Source of the DNA: an uncultured delta proteobacterium
GTDB taxonomy: Bacteria > Myxococcota_A > Polyangia > Palsa-1104
Reading direction: 5' to 3'
Length of the DNA stretch: 64,000 nucleotides
Assembly (NCBI GenBank): GCA_963785725.1
Contig: CAWAWS010000014.1
Location: 379,511-443,510 of the forward strand
The position numbers and the translations under genes are program-made. Position 1 is the stretch's first letter. The number at the start of each line of letters is the position of its first letter. Positions 10,187-19,099 of this stretch are shown piece by piece. Below the pieces are notes generated by a model. It saw nothing but the letters and a program-made list of their open reading frames with translations. It made no database searches and was not told where the DNA came from.

Positions 10187-10948
10187 ATGATGCTCTCGAC
10201 GTCGCCGCTGTTACGCGGAGTCCGCCACGGCTTCTCCACGCGTCGCGGCGGTGTCTCGACCGGCCGCTTCGCCACGCTGAACCTCGGCGGCAAATGGGGC
10301 GACGATCCGGAAGCGGTGGCGCACAATCGTCGCCGCTTCGCCGCCGCCGGCGGGTTCGACTGGGAGCGGCTGTTCACGGCCAAACAGGTGCACGGCGCGC
10401 GCGTCGCCGTCGTCGTCGAAGGCACGCTGCCCGAGCGCGTGGCCGTCAGCGAGGCCGACGTCGTCGTCACGGCGCAACCGGGCGCGGTCGTAGGCGTTTA
10501 CACGGCCGACTGCGTGCCCATCCTGTTCGCCGACGGCGACGGGCGCGTCGCGGCGGCGCACGCCGGCTGGCGCGGCACGGTGCAAGGCGTGGCCGTCGCT
10601 GCCGTCGAAGCGCTGGTCTCGATCGGCGCCCATCGCGAGTCGCTGCACGCCGCGCTCGGCCCGTCGATCTGCGCGCGCTGCTTCGAGGTCGGCGACGAAG
10701 TGGCGGCCGCGTTCGACGCGCTCGTGCCGTCGGCGGTCGTGCGCGCCCGCGGGCAAAAGCCGCACGTCGACTTGTGGGAAGCCAATCGCCGCCTGCTCGT
10801 CGACGCCGGCGTGCGCGCGGAAGCCATCGACGCCAAGCCGCCGTGCACGATGTGCGAAGCCGAGCGCTACTTCAGCTTTCGCCGCGACGGCAGCGGCATC
10901 GGCCAACAGCTCAGCTTCGTCGCGTCGACAGCGCTCGCAGACGGCTGA
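10187..10948 (+). CDS. pgeF: Peptidoglycan editing factor PgeF / YfiH family
   Basis: HGFSTRRGGVS, QVHG, TADCVPILF, AAHAGWRG, LGPSICARCFEVG, FSFRRD. Confidence 0.93.
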   Translation: MMLSTSPLLRGVRHGFSTRRGGVSTGRFATLNLGGKWGDDPEAVAHNRRRFAAAGGFDWERLFTAKQVHGARVAVVVEGTLPERVAVSEADVVVTAQPGAVVGVYTADCVPILFADGDGRVAAAHAGWRGTVQGVAVAAVEALVSIGAHRESLHAALGPSICARCFEVGDEVAAAFDALVPSAVVRARGQKPHVDLWEANRRLLVDAGVRAEAIDAKPPCTMCEAERYFSFRRDGSGIGQQLSFVASTALADG

Positions 10949-11786
10949 GCCCGAGCGCGTACGACTCCTCGCCCGACGGCAACGGCGGCGTCTCGAGAAA
11001 CGCCGGAATCGCGGCGAACCGCGGGTCATCGACGAGCCGCGCGAACGGTTTGATGCCGATGAGCCCATCGCCGACGACCTCGTGGCGATCGACGCGCGAG
11101 CCGAGCGGCTTCTTCGAGTCGTTCAAGTGGAACGCTTCCAGATGCCGAAGCCCTACGGTCGCATCGAAATCGGCGAACACGCGCTCGTAGCCGCGCGCCG
11201 TCGTCCAATCGACACCCGCCGCCCACAAATGCTGCGTATCCAAGCAGACGCCGAGGCGCTTTTCGCCCGCCTGCGCCAGCATCTCGGCCAGCTCGGCGAA
11301 GCTGCAGCCGACGCACGAGCCTTGTCCGGCCGTCGACTCGAGCAGCAGCCGCACCTTCGGCTTACTGCCGAGCGAGCGACAGATCTGCCGCAGCGCCTCG
11401 GCCACGCGCGCGATGGCGTCGTCCGTCGCGCTGCCGACCGCCGCGCCCGGATGCACGATCACTTGCGCGACGCCGAGCGACTCCGCCCGCGCGCACTCTT
11501 CGTACAACGTCTCCGTCGAGCGCTCCCAGATCTGCGCCGACGTCGCCGCCAAGTTGATGAGATAGGACGCGTGCGCCGCCAACGGCAGCTTGGTGTTCGT
11601 CGTCGCGCCGCGCGCTGTCTTGTGCGCGGCCTTGAAGCGCGCGATGGTCTCCGCGTCGAGCGGCTTGGCCGCCCATTGGCGCGACGAGCGCGTCCATAGT
11701 TGCACGGCGTCACAGCGGTCGCGCGCGGCGCGCTCGAACACGCGGTCGAGACCGCCGGCGACCGACTCGTGCGCCCCTAAAATCAC
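10911..11786 (-). CDS. nfo: Endonuclease IV (AP endonuclease)
   Basis: LGAHESVAGG, HASYLINLA, HPG, LESTAGQG, CLDTQH, HLNDSK, DRH, LETP. Confidence 0.95.
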   Translation of the reverse strand: MILGAHESVAGGLDRVFERAARDRCDAVQLWTRSSRQWAAKPLDAETIARFKAAHKTARGATTNTKLPLAAHASYLINLAATSAQIWERSTETLYEECARAESLGVAQVIVHPGAAVGSATDDAIARVAEALRQICRSLGSKPKVRLLLESTAGQGSCVGCSFAELAEMLAQAGEKRLGVCLDTQHLWAAGVDWTTARGYERVFADFDATVGLRHLEAFHLNDSKKPLGSRVDRHEVVGDGLIGIKPFARLVDDPRFAAIPAFLETPPLPSGEESYALGLSRLRALSTRRS

Positions 11787-11820
11787 GTCGACAAAGCTGC
11801 TGAAAGCGCGACCGCGGAAG

Positions 11821-11840
11821 AAGTAAACGCGTGTTTACTT
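11821..11840. repeat. 8-bp inverted repeat (operator or terminator hairpin) upstream of nfo
   Basis: AAGTAAAC-GCGT-GTTTACTT. Confidence 0.5.
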
Positions 11841-12002
11841 GCTCGCGCGGATGCCCTTCTTGCGGAAGTACGCGCGCAATAATTTGCGGCGATAGACTTC
11901 CCAGCGGGCGACTTCAGCGGAGACGTCGACGGTGAATCCGTAAGGGGTGAACGTCGAGATCCCGTTGCCGAGATCGGTGCAGATGGTGATCCCCTTGTTC
12001 AT
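11835..12002 (-). CDS. Small basic hypothetical protein (55 aa), absent from the ORF track
   Basis: MNKGITICTDLGNGISTFTPYGFTVDVSAEVARWEVYRRKLLRAYFRKKGIRASK; ATGA overlap with the SIR2 gene stop; GC-rich third codon positions. Confidence 0.6.
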   Translation of the reverse strand: MNKGITICTDLGNGISTFTPYGFTVDVSAEVARWEVYRRKLLRAYFRKKGIRASK

Positions 12003-13549
12003 TCGCTGCTCATTATGCGGCCGCGCGATGCGTCACGCAAGAGACCGCAGGCGCCGCTGATGGTCTCGCGCATGAGCGTCCGCATGGCGTTGGGCGGCGC
12101 GCCCTCGGCCAGCGTCGCGTCGGACGACACCAACTGCAGCACGGCGACCGGGATTCCGCCCGCCGCGTAGTCGAAATAAGGCACTGAAATCAACGATCGA
12201 TACCAATCTTGATAGGGCGGCTCACCGGCCGGCGCCTTGGGCATGCTCGGCCGATTGCGCTTGAGCGCCTCGCCGACCACGAGCGCCAGCTCGACCTCCG
12301 GCAGCGTGTGAACGTCGTGACGCGGATCGAACCAGCGCGGCGCTTCGGTGGCGCGGCCCGGCATCGATGACAGCGCGCGGCGATAACGGCCGCCGATCAT
12401 CGGCAAAAACAGGTTGAGCTCGACGCGACCGCTCAAGCCGAGCGACGCCACGATGCGATCGCGATGATAGCCGAGGAGATCGCTGCCGATCTCTTGCAGC
12501 GCCGGATCTTCGAAGTCGACGCCGTCGTAGTTGGCTTGCGCCCACACTTGCCGCAGCTCGCGATGACGGCGATCCCACTCTTCGTCGCTGAAGCGAATGC
12601 GACGCAGCAGGTAATTGAGACCATCCCACGACGCGAGGCGCAGGATCTTGACGCCTTGCTCCTGCCAGAAGCGGTGCTCGTCGTCGTCGAGCATCTCGGC
12701 GGCCCGGTTCATGAGCTCATCGGGACCGGGCGGGCGATGCTGCAGGATGACGAAGTGATCGTGCGATTCGTCGTGCGATTTCTTGTGCTCCGACAGATAG
12801 GCCAAGAGGCGACGCACGTTGGGATCGGTCAGGCTCATGCCGATGATCAGCACCGAGCGCGAGTCGAGCAGGCTCAAGAGCTCGCGATTGGTCCAGGCCG
12901 TGTGCTCGTTCGACAGCCGGTGGTAGTCGAGGTCGGACGCGACGAGGCCGGCCGCGAGCCGTTTCTCCTCGGCGACGCCGGGATGCTCGAACGGGAAATA
13001 GCCGTGTAGATGCACGACGCGCGGGCCGTCCGAGAAGCTGCGCCGGCCGGCATGCACCGCGCGCGGCTTTTGCCCGGTCGCGTTCTTGAGGGCGACTTCG
13101 AGGAGGTCGTCGTAGTTCGTCGTGTGCAGGCAGGGAAACGGCGGCTCGGAGTCGAGCGCCAGTCGCACGAGCGCGTAATGCGACTCGGTGGGCTGGAACT
13201 TGCGCAGCTGCTCGCGCTCGTACATCGCGCCGCGCAGGACGATGTGAAACTCGGCGCCGACCCGCTGGCGCACGAGATCGATCGCCGCCAGCGACTGGCC
13301 TTGCAAGAGCTCGAGATAGGCGCGGCTGATCTCGACCGACTGCGCGGCGCCGCCGGGCGCGTGGCGACCGAGCGCTTGCTCGAGCAGCGCCTGGTTGAAC
13401 GCGGCCCAGCTCGGCAGGCCGATCGGCACCGACAGGCCGGCACCGACGAGAAAGCCGAGGCGGCCGGCGCGATGCTGCTCGCGCACTTCGCGCAGGACGT
13501 CGCGCGCCACGTTCGACAGGAACGCCGGGTTGGCCCGCAGCGGAGGCAT
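11999..13549 (-). CDS. SIR2-like (SIR2_2) domain protein with C-terminal GAF-like domain
   Basis: LVGAGLSVPIGLPSW, TTNYDDLLE, VVHLHG, LIIGMSLTDPNV; tail RSLISVPY...PVAVLQLVS; start taken at ATG 13549 (TAGAGT 8 nt upstream). Confidence 0.85.
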   Translation of the reverse strand: MPPLRANPAFLSNVARDVLREVREQHRAGRLGFLVGAGLSVPIGLPSWAAFNQALLEQALGRHAPGGAAQSVEISRAYLELLQGQSLAAIDLVRQRVGAEFHIVLRGAMYEREQLRKFQPTESHYALVRLALDSEPPFPCLHTTNYDDLLEVALKNATGQKPRAVHAGRRSFSDGPRVVHLHGYFPFEHPGVAEEKRLAAGLVASDLDYHRLSNEHTAWTNRELLSLLDSRSVLIIGMSLTDPNVRRLLAYLSEHKKSHDESHDHFVILQHRPPGPDELMNRAAEMLDDDEHRFWQEQGVKILRLASWDGLNYLLRRIRFSDEEWDRRHRELRQVWAQANYDGVDFEDPALQEIGSDLLGYHRDRIVASLGLSGRVELNLFLPMIGGRYRRALSSMPGRATEAPRWFDPRHDVHTLPEVELALVVGEALKRNRPSMPKAPAGEPPYQDWYRSLISVPYFDYAAGGIPVAVLQLVSSDATLAEGAPPNAMRTLMRETISGACGLLRDASRGRIMSSE

Positions 13550-13737
13550 GGCGCGCGACTCTACCGCAGCTTCCGATCCGGCGCTAACGACGCGGCGGAG
13601 CGTAGGGCGCGACAGTCGGCGGTTGCACCGGCCGCGAAAGTCGGTCCTGCGAACGGCGCGCGGACCGCGAGGGTCGTCGGCTATCGCCGAGGGCGCGCCA
13701 AGCGAGGAACCCGCCGGCGGCACGTCAGCCGCCGTGT

Positions 13738-13848
13738 GAATCGGTCGGCAAACGCGCCGGCCGCGAGAATCGGTCGGCAAACGCGCCGGCCGCGAGAATC
13801 GGTCGGCAAACACGCCGGCCGCAGAATCGGTCGGCAAAATGCCGGCCG
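13738..13848. repeat. Tandem array of four ~29-bp palindromic (REP-like) units
   Basis: GAATCGGTCGGCAAACGCGCCGGCCGCGA at 13738 and 13767, variants at 13796 and 13824; degenerate hairpins back to about 13610. Confidence 0.9.
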
Positions 13849-13903
13849 TTAGCGTTTGCGTCGGCCTACTCAGCCGGCGCGGAATGAGACGAAGTGTTGC
13901 CGG

Positions 13904-14353
13904 CTAGTAGTCGTCGCCGCCGCCGCCGCCGCCGTAACCGCCGCCGCCGCCATAACCACCGCCGCCGCCGTAACCACCGCCGCCTCCGCCGCCACCGCGA
14001 CCGCGACTGCCACCGCCGCCGCCGCCGCGATTGCCGCCGCCGCCGTAACCGCCGCCGCCGCCACCACCGCCGTAGCCGCCGCGACCGCCGCCGCCGCCAC
14101 GTTGCGGCTCGCGCGCTTCATTGACGACGATCGTGCGTCCGCCCAGCGACTGGCCGTTGAGCTCGTTGATCGCCGATTGCGCCTGGTTGTCGTCCGCCAT
14201 CTCGACGAAGGCGAAGCCGCGCGGCCGGCCCGTGTCGCGGTCGGTGACAATCTTCACCTGCCGGACCTCGCGACCTCCGCTCTCGAAAAACTGCTTGATC
14301 GAATCATCGTCCACGTCGTATGGCAAGTTGCCAACATATAGCCTCGTACCCAT
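13904..14353 (-). CDS. RRM RNA-binding protein with Gly-rich tail
   Basis: RNP2 LYVGNL, RNP1 RGFAFVEM, IVVNEAR followed by GGGGY/RGG repeats. Confidence 0.95.
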   Translation of the reverse strand: MGTRLYVGNLPYDVDDDSIKQFFESGGREVRQVKIVTDRDTGRPRGFAFVEMADDNQAQSAINELNGQSLGGRTIVVNEAREPQRGGGGGRGGYGGGGGGGGYGGGGNRGGGGGGSRGRGGGGGGGGYGGGGGYGGGGGYGGGGGGDDY

Positions 14354-14445
14354 CGCGAACCCCTTTCCGATCCCAATCGAGTGACGAATCCTCACGGTCT
14401 GCACCGCCGTGCCGCCCATAGCGCAGACACACGGGATTCAGATCG

Positions 14446-14474
14446 ACGATACGGCTCAAGGTCAATAAAGTCAA
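14446..14474 (-). promoter_or_regulatory. sigma70-type promoter of the RRM gene
   Basis: TTGACT-17 nt-TATCGT on the minus strand. Confidence 0.6.
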
Positions 14475-14645
14475 CGGCGCGCGTGGTCGATCCGCGGCGC
14501 GCGCAGCGGGCAAAAGCGTCGCACCTTCGCCTACTTCGCTCGACGCAGCGCGTTTGCGCGGACGCTTTTGGCTTGCCGGACAATGGGCTACGTCGTGTGC
14601 GCTTGGGCGATCGGGCGCCAGCAATGCTAGAGTAGCGGCGCGCTA

Positions 14646-17075
14646 ATGGACGTTCGCTGCGAGAAGTGCACGACAGTCTACGAGTTCGACGACTCCAAGG
14701 TCGGCGACCAAGGGGTCACCGTCAAATGCACGCAATGCGGCAACCTGTTCAAGGTCAAGCGGCGCGAGGTCACGTCGGAGCTGCCGCTGGCGTCGATGGC
14801 GGCGCGCTCGGCCGCGTACGTGCCGCCGGCGCGTGAGCGGACGCCGACGCCGCCGCCGGTGCATCCGCGCACGACGACGCAGCCGCAGATGCACGCGCGC
14901 ACGCCGACGCCGCCACCGGTGCAGCCGGCAGCCCAGCCGCGCGCGCCGATGCAGCAGCCCGTGCAGCAGCCGCAGCAGCGGCCGGTCGCGACCAATCCCG
15001 AGCGCACGACCGCGCCCGGCGTGCCGTCGCTGCACGCCGAGGTCGTGGCCGCGTCGCGCCCGAAGCCGCCGGCGCAGCCGACGGGCTGGATGCTGCGCAA
15101 AGGCGACTCCGGCGACGTCTTTCGTTTTCGCGAGCTGACGACGCTGCAGCAGTGGATCGTCGAGCGCAAAGTCTCGCGCGACGACGAGATCAGCCGCACC
15201 GGCGATCAGTGGAAGCGCCTCGGCGGCATCGCCGAGCTGGCGTCGTTCTTTCACGTCGTCGAGCAGGCGGAGGCGGTGGCGCGCGCCGAAGGGCCGCGCG
15301 CCGCGGCCGAGGCGGCGAACGCCGCCTACCATCGCAACCAAGACGATCCGGCGCTGGTGACGACGGCGCCGATGGAAGCGCCGAGGCCGATTCCGCCGCC
15401 GAGCCAAGACTTCTCGGGGCCGACGTCGATGGGCGATCCCGTCGACATCGACGAGCCGGCGTTCACGCGCGGGCCGCAGCCGGGGCGGCGAACGAAGATG
15501 ACGCCGCTGCCGCCGCTCGACGACGAGTCGACGGACACCGACTTCGAGACGCGGCCGAGGCGGCGCGGCGGATTGTGGGCCGGGCTGGCGGCGCTGGCGG
15601 CCATCGGCGGCGCCGGCGGTTACGTCGCGCTCTACAAGCAAGACGCCGTGCGCTCGCTGTTCGCCCATCCCGACGCGCGCGCCGACGAGGCCTATCGGCA
15701 GGGGCGCGAGTATTTCCTGCTCGACTCCGATGATGCGTTTCGCAATGCCGTGGCCGCGTTTCAGCGGGCCCGCGCCGTCGATCCCAAGGGCGCGCTGGCG
15801 TTGGCGGGCTTGGCGGAGGTCGACTCGACGTGGGCGCAGTATCTGCGCGACGAAGCCAAGGCGCTCGAGACCGGCGGCGCGTCGGTGCAAGCGGCGACGG
15901 CGGCGCGCACGCTCAAGCGCGAGGCGCAGGCGCACGTCGACGAAGCGTCGAAGCTGACCGCCGACGCGCTCGAGCTCGACTCGGACGCGCCCGAGGTCAA
16001 TCGCGCCATGGCCGACTACCTGCGCGTCGACGGCGCGGCGGCGGCCGAGGTGCAGCGCTATCTGACGCGCGCGACGACGAAGAAGCCGAACGATCCCGAG
16101 AGCGCGTATGTGGCGGGCGCGTTGGCGTTGCGCGATGGGCAGCTCGACGAAGCCAAGGCGAAGCTGACGCAAGCGAACCAGCTGAACCAGACGGCGACGC
16201 AGCACACGCTCTTGCGCGCGTCGATGCTGCTGGCGCGCATCGATGTGTCGACGGGCGACAAGGCGGCGGCGCGCGCGGCGTTGCAGTCGGTGCTGCTGGC
16301 CAATGGGCAGCACGATCGGGCCAAGACGATGCTGGCGGCGCTCGACGGTGAGCCGGCGGTTGCCGGCGCGACGCCGCCGCCGGCGTCGACACCGCCGGCC
16401 GCTCCCGCAGCGAGCGGCGTCGCGGTCGCACCGACGGGCGCGACGGTCGCGCCGACGGCAGCGAATCCGGCGGCGACGACGGCCAAAGCGGACGTCGGCG
16501 GCGACGCGGGCGGCGGCGGCTACGACAAGCTCGTCGCGCAAGGCGATCGGCTGAGCGAGAACGGCCACGCTCGCGAAGCACGCAAGCTGTACGAGAAGGC
16601 GCTGCAGCTGCAGCCGTCGGGATTGGCGGCGATTACCGGGCTCGGCTATTGCGATCTCGACGGCGAGAAGTTCTCGTCTGCGGTCGATCACTTCAAGCAC
16701 GCCTTGTCGCTGCAGGCGAGCTACGGCGAGGCGATCATCGGGCTCGCCGAAGCCTACAAACTGCGCGGCGATAAGCACGAGGCGGTCGGCTGGTACAAGC
16801 AGTACCTCGACAAGCTGCCCAACGGTCCGAAGGCGGCGATGGCGCGCAACAACGTGCGCGACTTGGAGCCGCGCGGGCCGGGCGCGCCGCCGGCGCCGGC
16901 CGAAGAGCTGCCGCATCTGCCGTCACAGGCGACGGCTGTGCCCGCGCCGCCGACCGTCACCGATACGCCCAAGCAGGACGCGCCCAAAGTCGAGCCCGTC
17001 AAGGCGGAAGAGCCGAAGGACGACAAGCCGGTCGCGTTGCCGAAGCTTCCCTCTGGCGACGAGCCGCCACCGTAG
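14646..17075 (+). CDS. MJ0042-type zinc-ribbon, TM and TPR protein
   Basis: MDVRCEKCTTVYEFDD...VKCTQCGNLFKV, Pro-rich linker, LQQWIVERKV...WKRLG (GYF_2-like), one TM helix, periplasmic TPRs. Confidence 0.85.
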   Translation: MDVRCEKCTTVYEFDDSKVGDQGVTVKCTQCGNLFKVKRREVTSELPLASMAARSAAYVPPARERTPTPPPVHPRTTTQPQMHARTPTPPPVQPAAQPRAPMQQPVQQPQQRPVATNPERTTAPGVPSLHAEVVAASRPKPPAQPTGWMLRKGDSGDVFRFRELTTLQQWIVERKVSRDDEISRTGDQWKRLGGIAELASFFHVVEQAEAVARAEGPRAAAEAANAAYHRNQDDPALVTTAPMEAPRPIPPPSQDFSGPTSMGDPVDIDEPAFTRGPQPGRRTKMTPLPPLDDESTDTDFETRPRRRGGLWAGLAALAAIGGAGGYVALYKQDAVRSLFAHPDARADEAYRQGREYFLLDSDDAFRNAVAAFQRARAVDPKGALALAGLAEVDSTWAQYLRDEAKALETGGASVQAATAARTLKREAQAHVDEASKLTADALELDSDAPEVNRAMADYLRVDGAAAAEVQRYLTRATTKKPNDPESAYVAGALALRDGQLDEAKAKLTQANQLNQTATQHTLLRASMLLARIDVSTGDKAAARAALQSVLLANGQHDRAKTMLAALDGEPAVAGATPPPASTPPAAPAASGVAVAPTGATVAPTAANPAATTAKADVGGDAGGGGYDKLVAQGDRLSENGHAREARKLYEKALQLQPSGLAAITGLGYCDLDGEKFSSAVDHFKHALSLQASYGEAIIGLAEAYKLRGDKHEAVGWYKQYLDKLPNGPKAAMARNNVRDLEPRGPGAPPAPAEELPHLPSQATAVPAPPTVTDTPKQDAPKVEPVKAEEPKDDKPVALPKLPSGDEPPP

Positions 17076-17088
17076 GTAAGGTTCACCC

Positions 17089-17400
17089 ATGTCCACCACC
17101 AAGAAGCCGTCGCACGAAGAGGAAGAGTATTTCGCCAAGGAAGACGCCGCTCGCCGTCACGTGCTGGCCGTCGAGCACAAGGCGAAGCTGCAAGCGGAAG
17201 AGGTCGAGGCGCTGAAGAAGGCGCACTGGATGCACTGCCCGAAGTGCGGCTTCACGTTGGAGCCGATCGAGTTCAAGGGCGTCACCATCGACAAGTGCTT
17301 CCACTGCAACGGCACCTGGCTCGACGCCGGTGAGCTGGAGACGCTGGCGGGCAAGGAGTCCGACTTCTTGAACCGCGTCGTCGCCGTCTTCAAACGTTAG
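17089..17400 (+). CDS. zf-TFIIB-type zinc-finger protein
   Basis: EEEYF N-terminus, CPKCG...IDKCFHCNGTWLDAGELE. Confidence 0.85.
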   Translation: MSTTKKPSHEEEEYFAKEDAARRHVLAVEHKAKLQAEEVEALKKAHWMHCPKCGFTLEPIEFKGVTIDKCFHCNGTWLDAGELETLAGKESDFLNRVVAVFKR

Positions 17401-17467
17401 TGTGATTACAGGTTCGCCGCGCCCCGGGCTGGCGCCGATCTAGTCAACTCTGATACCGTAGCCCCGA

Positions 17468-19099
17468 ATGGGGGAGCTCGAACCGCCGTCGCGGCCGAGC
17501 GCCGGATACGCCGCGACCATCCAACGGAGCGGCAAATCCGGCGACTCGGACCCGGCTTATTTGCCCGGCACGCTCTTGGCGGGGCGTTATCGCGTCGTTC
17601 GGCTCCTCGGCGAAGGCGGCATGGGCAGCGTCTACGAGGCCGAGCATTTGGCGCTCGGGCGTCGCGTCGCCATCAAGGTCATGCGCCGCCGTTATGCCGA
17701 CCAGAAGGCGATGGTCGAGCGCTTCGGCGTCGAGGCGCGCTCGGCGTCGAAGGTGGCGCATCCCAACGTCGTGCAGGTGTTCGACTATGGGACGACCGAG
17801 GCGGGCGAAGGGTTCCTCGTCATGGAGCTGCTCGCGGGCGCGCCCTTGTCGGACGTCGTCAAGAAGCAAGGGCCGCTCGAGCTCGGGCGCGTCATCAGCA
17901 TCTTGGCCGAGGTGGCGACGGCGCTGCGGGCGGCGCATCAGTCGGGCATCATTCACCGCGATCTGAAGCCGGCCAACATCTTCCTCACGCGCCTGAACGC
18001 CGACGAGCGCGAGCGTGTACGCGTGCTCGATTTCGGCATGGCCAAGCTGATCGACCTCGGGTCGAACGGCGGCGAGGCGGCCGGCGATTCGCAGACGATG
18101 AACCGCGGCTTGACGGCGGCGGGCGAGATCTTGGGCACGCCCGAATACATGGCGCCCGAGCAGGCGATCGGCGGCGAAGTCGACGCGCGCATCGACGTCT
18201 ATGCGCTCGGCTGCGTCGCGTTCGAGATGTGGACGGGCAGTCCGCCGTTTACCGGATCGAACTACGTGACGGTGCTGGCGAAGCACATGGACGAGCGCGC
18301 GCCGCGGCTGTCGGACACGCGCGATGCGCCGCCGGCGCTCGACCAGCTCATCGCGCGCACGCTGTCGAAGCTGCCCGACGAGCGGCCGGCCGACATGGGC
18401 GCGGTGCTGCAAGCGTTGGCGCGCGTCGCCGAGGACGAAGGCGTGCTGGCGTCAGCATCGCCGTCGCTGCCGTCGCTGGTGCCCCTGCCGTCGGCGGCGC
18501 CGTCGTCGGCGCGCATGGCGTCGGGCCGGCGCGGCATGCTCGGCTTGAAGCGGCGGACGCGCCGGCGGCTCATCAACGGCGCCGTCGTCGTCGGCTGCCT
18601 CGTCTTGGGCGCGCTCGTCGAGCGCCGCTTTGGCCCGCCGCCGCCGCCCGTCGGTCCGGGCACGCTCGTCATCGCGACCACCCCCGCCGGCGCGACGCTG
18701 AAGGTGGACGGCCAGGAGCTCGACGAACGCAGCCCGGCGGTGGCGCATTTGGCGCCGGGTGCGCACGACGTCGAAGCCGTGATGCCCCATTATTTGTCGG
18801 CAAAACGCGCGCAGCTGACGGTCAAGCCGGCGTCGTCGCAGGTGGTGCGCATTCCGTTGGCGCGCGACGTCTACAAGCTCGACGTCTCGAGCGAGCCGGC
18901 GGGCGCGCAGATCTATCTCGACGGCTACGCCATGGGCACGACGCCGATGGCGCTGGAAGTCGATCCTTGGGATCAGCACACGTTGCGGCTGGAGCGCTTG
19001 GGTCGGCGCGCGTGGGAGAAGCTGTTGCCCGCGGGCCAAAGGCCGCAAGAGCTGCACGCCGAGCTGAAGAAACGCGAGGCGGGGGATGTGGACGAGTAG
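17468..19099 (+). CDS. Ser/Thr protein kinase with TM and PEGA domains
   Basis: GEGGMGSVY, VAIK, HRDLKPAN, DFG, GTPEYMAPEQ; TTPAGATLKVDG and SEPAGAQIYLDG PEGA repeats. Confidence 0.95.
   Translation: MGELEPPSRPSAGYAATIQRSGKSGDSDPAYLPGTLLAGRYRVVRLLGEGGMGSVYEAEHLALGRRVAIKVMRRRYADQKAMVERFGVEARSASKVAHPNVVQVFDYGTTEAGEGFLVMELLAGAPLSDVVKKQGPLELGRVISILAEVATALRAAHQSGIIHRDLKPANIFLTRLNADERERVRVLDFGMAKLIDLGSNGGEAAGDSQTMNRGLTAAGEILGTPEYMAPEQAIGGEVDARIDVYALGCVAFEMWTGSPPFTGSNYVTVLAKHMDERAPRLSDTRDAPPALDQLIARTLSKLPDERPADMGAVLQALARVAEDEGVLASASPSLPSLVPLPSAAPSSARMASGRRGMLGLKRRTRRRLINGAVVVGCLVLGALVERRFGPPPPPVGPGTLVIATTPAGATLKVDGQELDERSPAVAHLAPGAHDVEAVMPHYLSAKRAQLTVKPASSQVVRIPLARDVYKLDVSSEPAGAQIYLDGYAMGTTPMALEVDPWDQHTLRLERLGRRAWEKLLPAGQRPQELHAELKKREAGDVDE

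Noticed and set aside
13550..13837. N-terminal extension of the SIR2 ORF (612 aa)
   Set aside because: It merely translates the repeat array; a -10-like box precedes ATG 13549
13738..13848. CRISPR array (29-bp palindromic repeats)
   Set aside because: Units are directly adjacent with no unique spacers, and no cas genes are in the window
13915..14100. GCC microsatellite
   Set aside because: It is the coding sequence of the Gly-rich tail of the RRM protein
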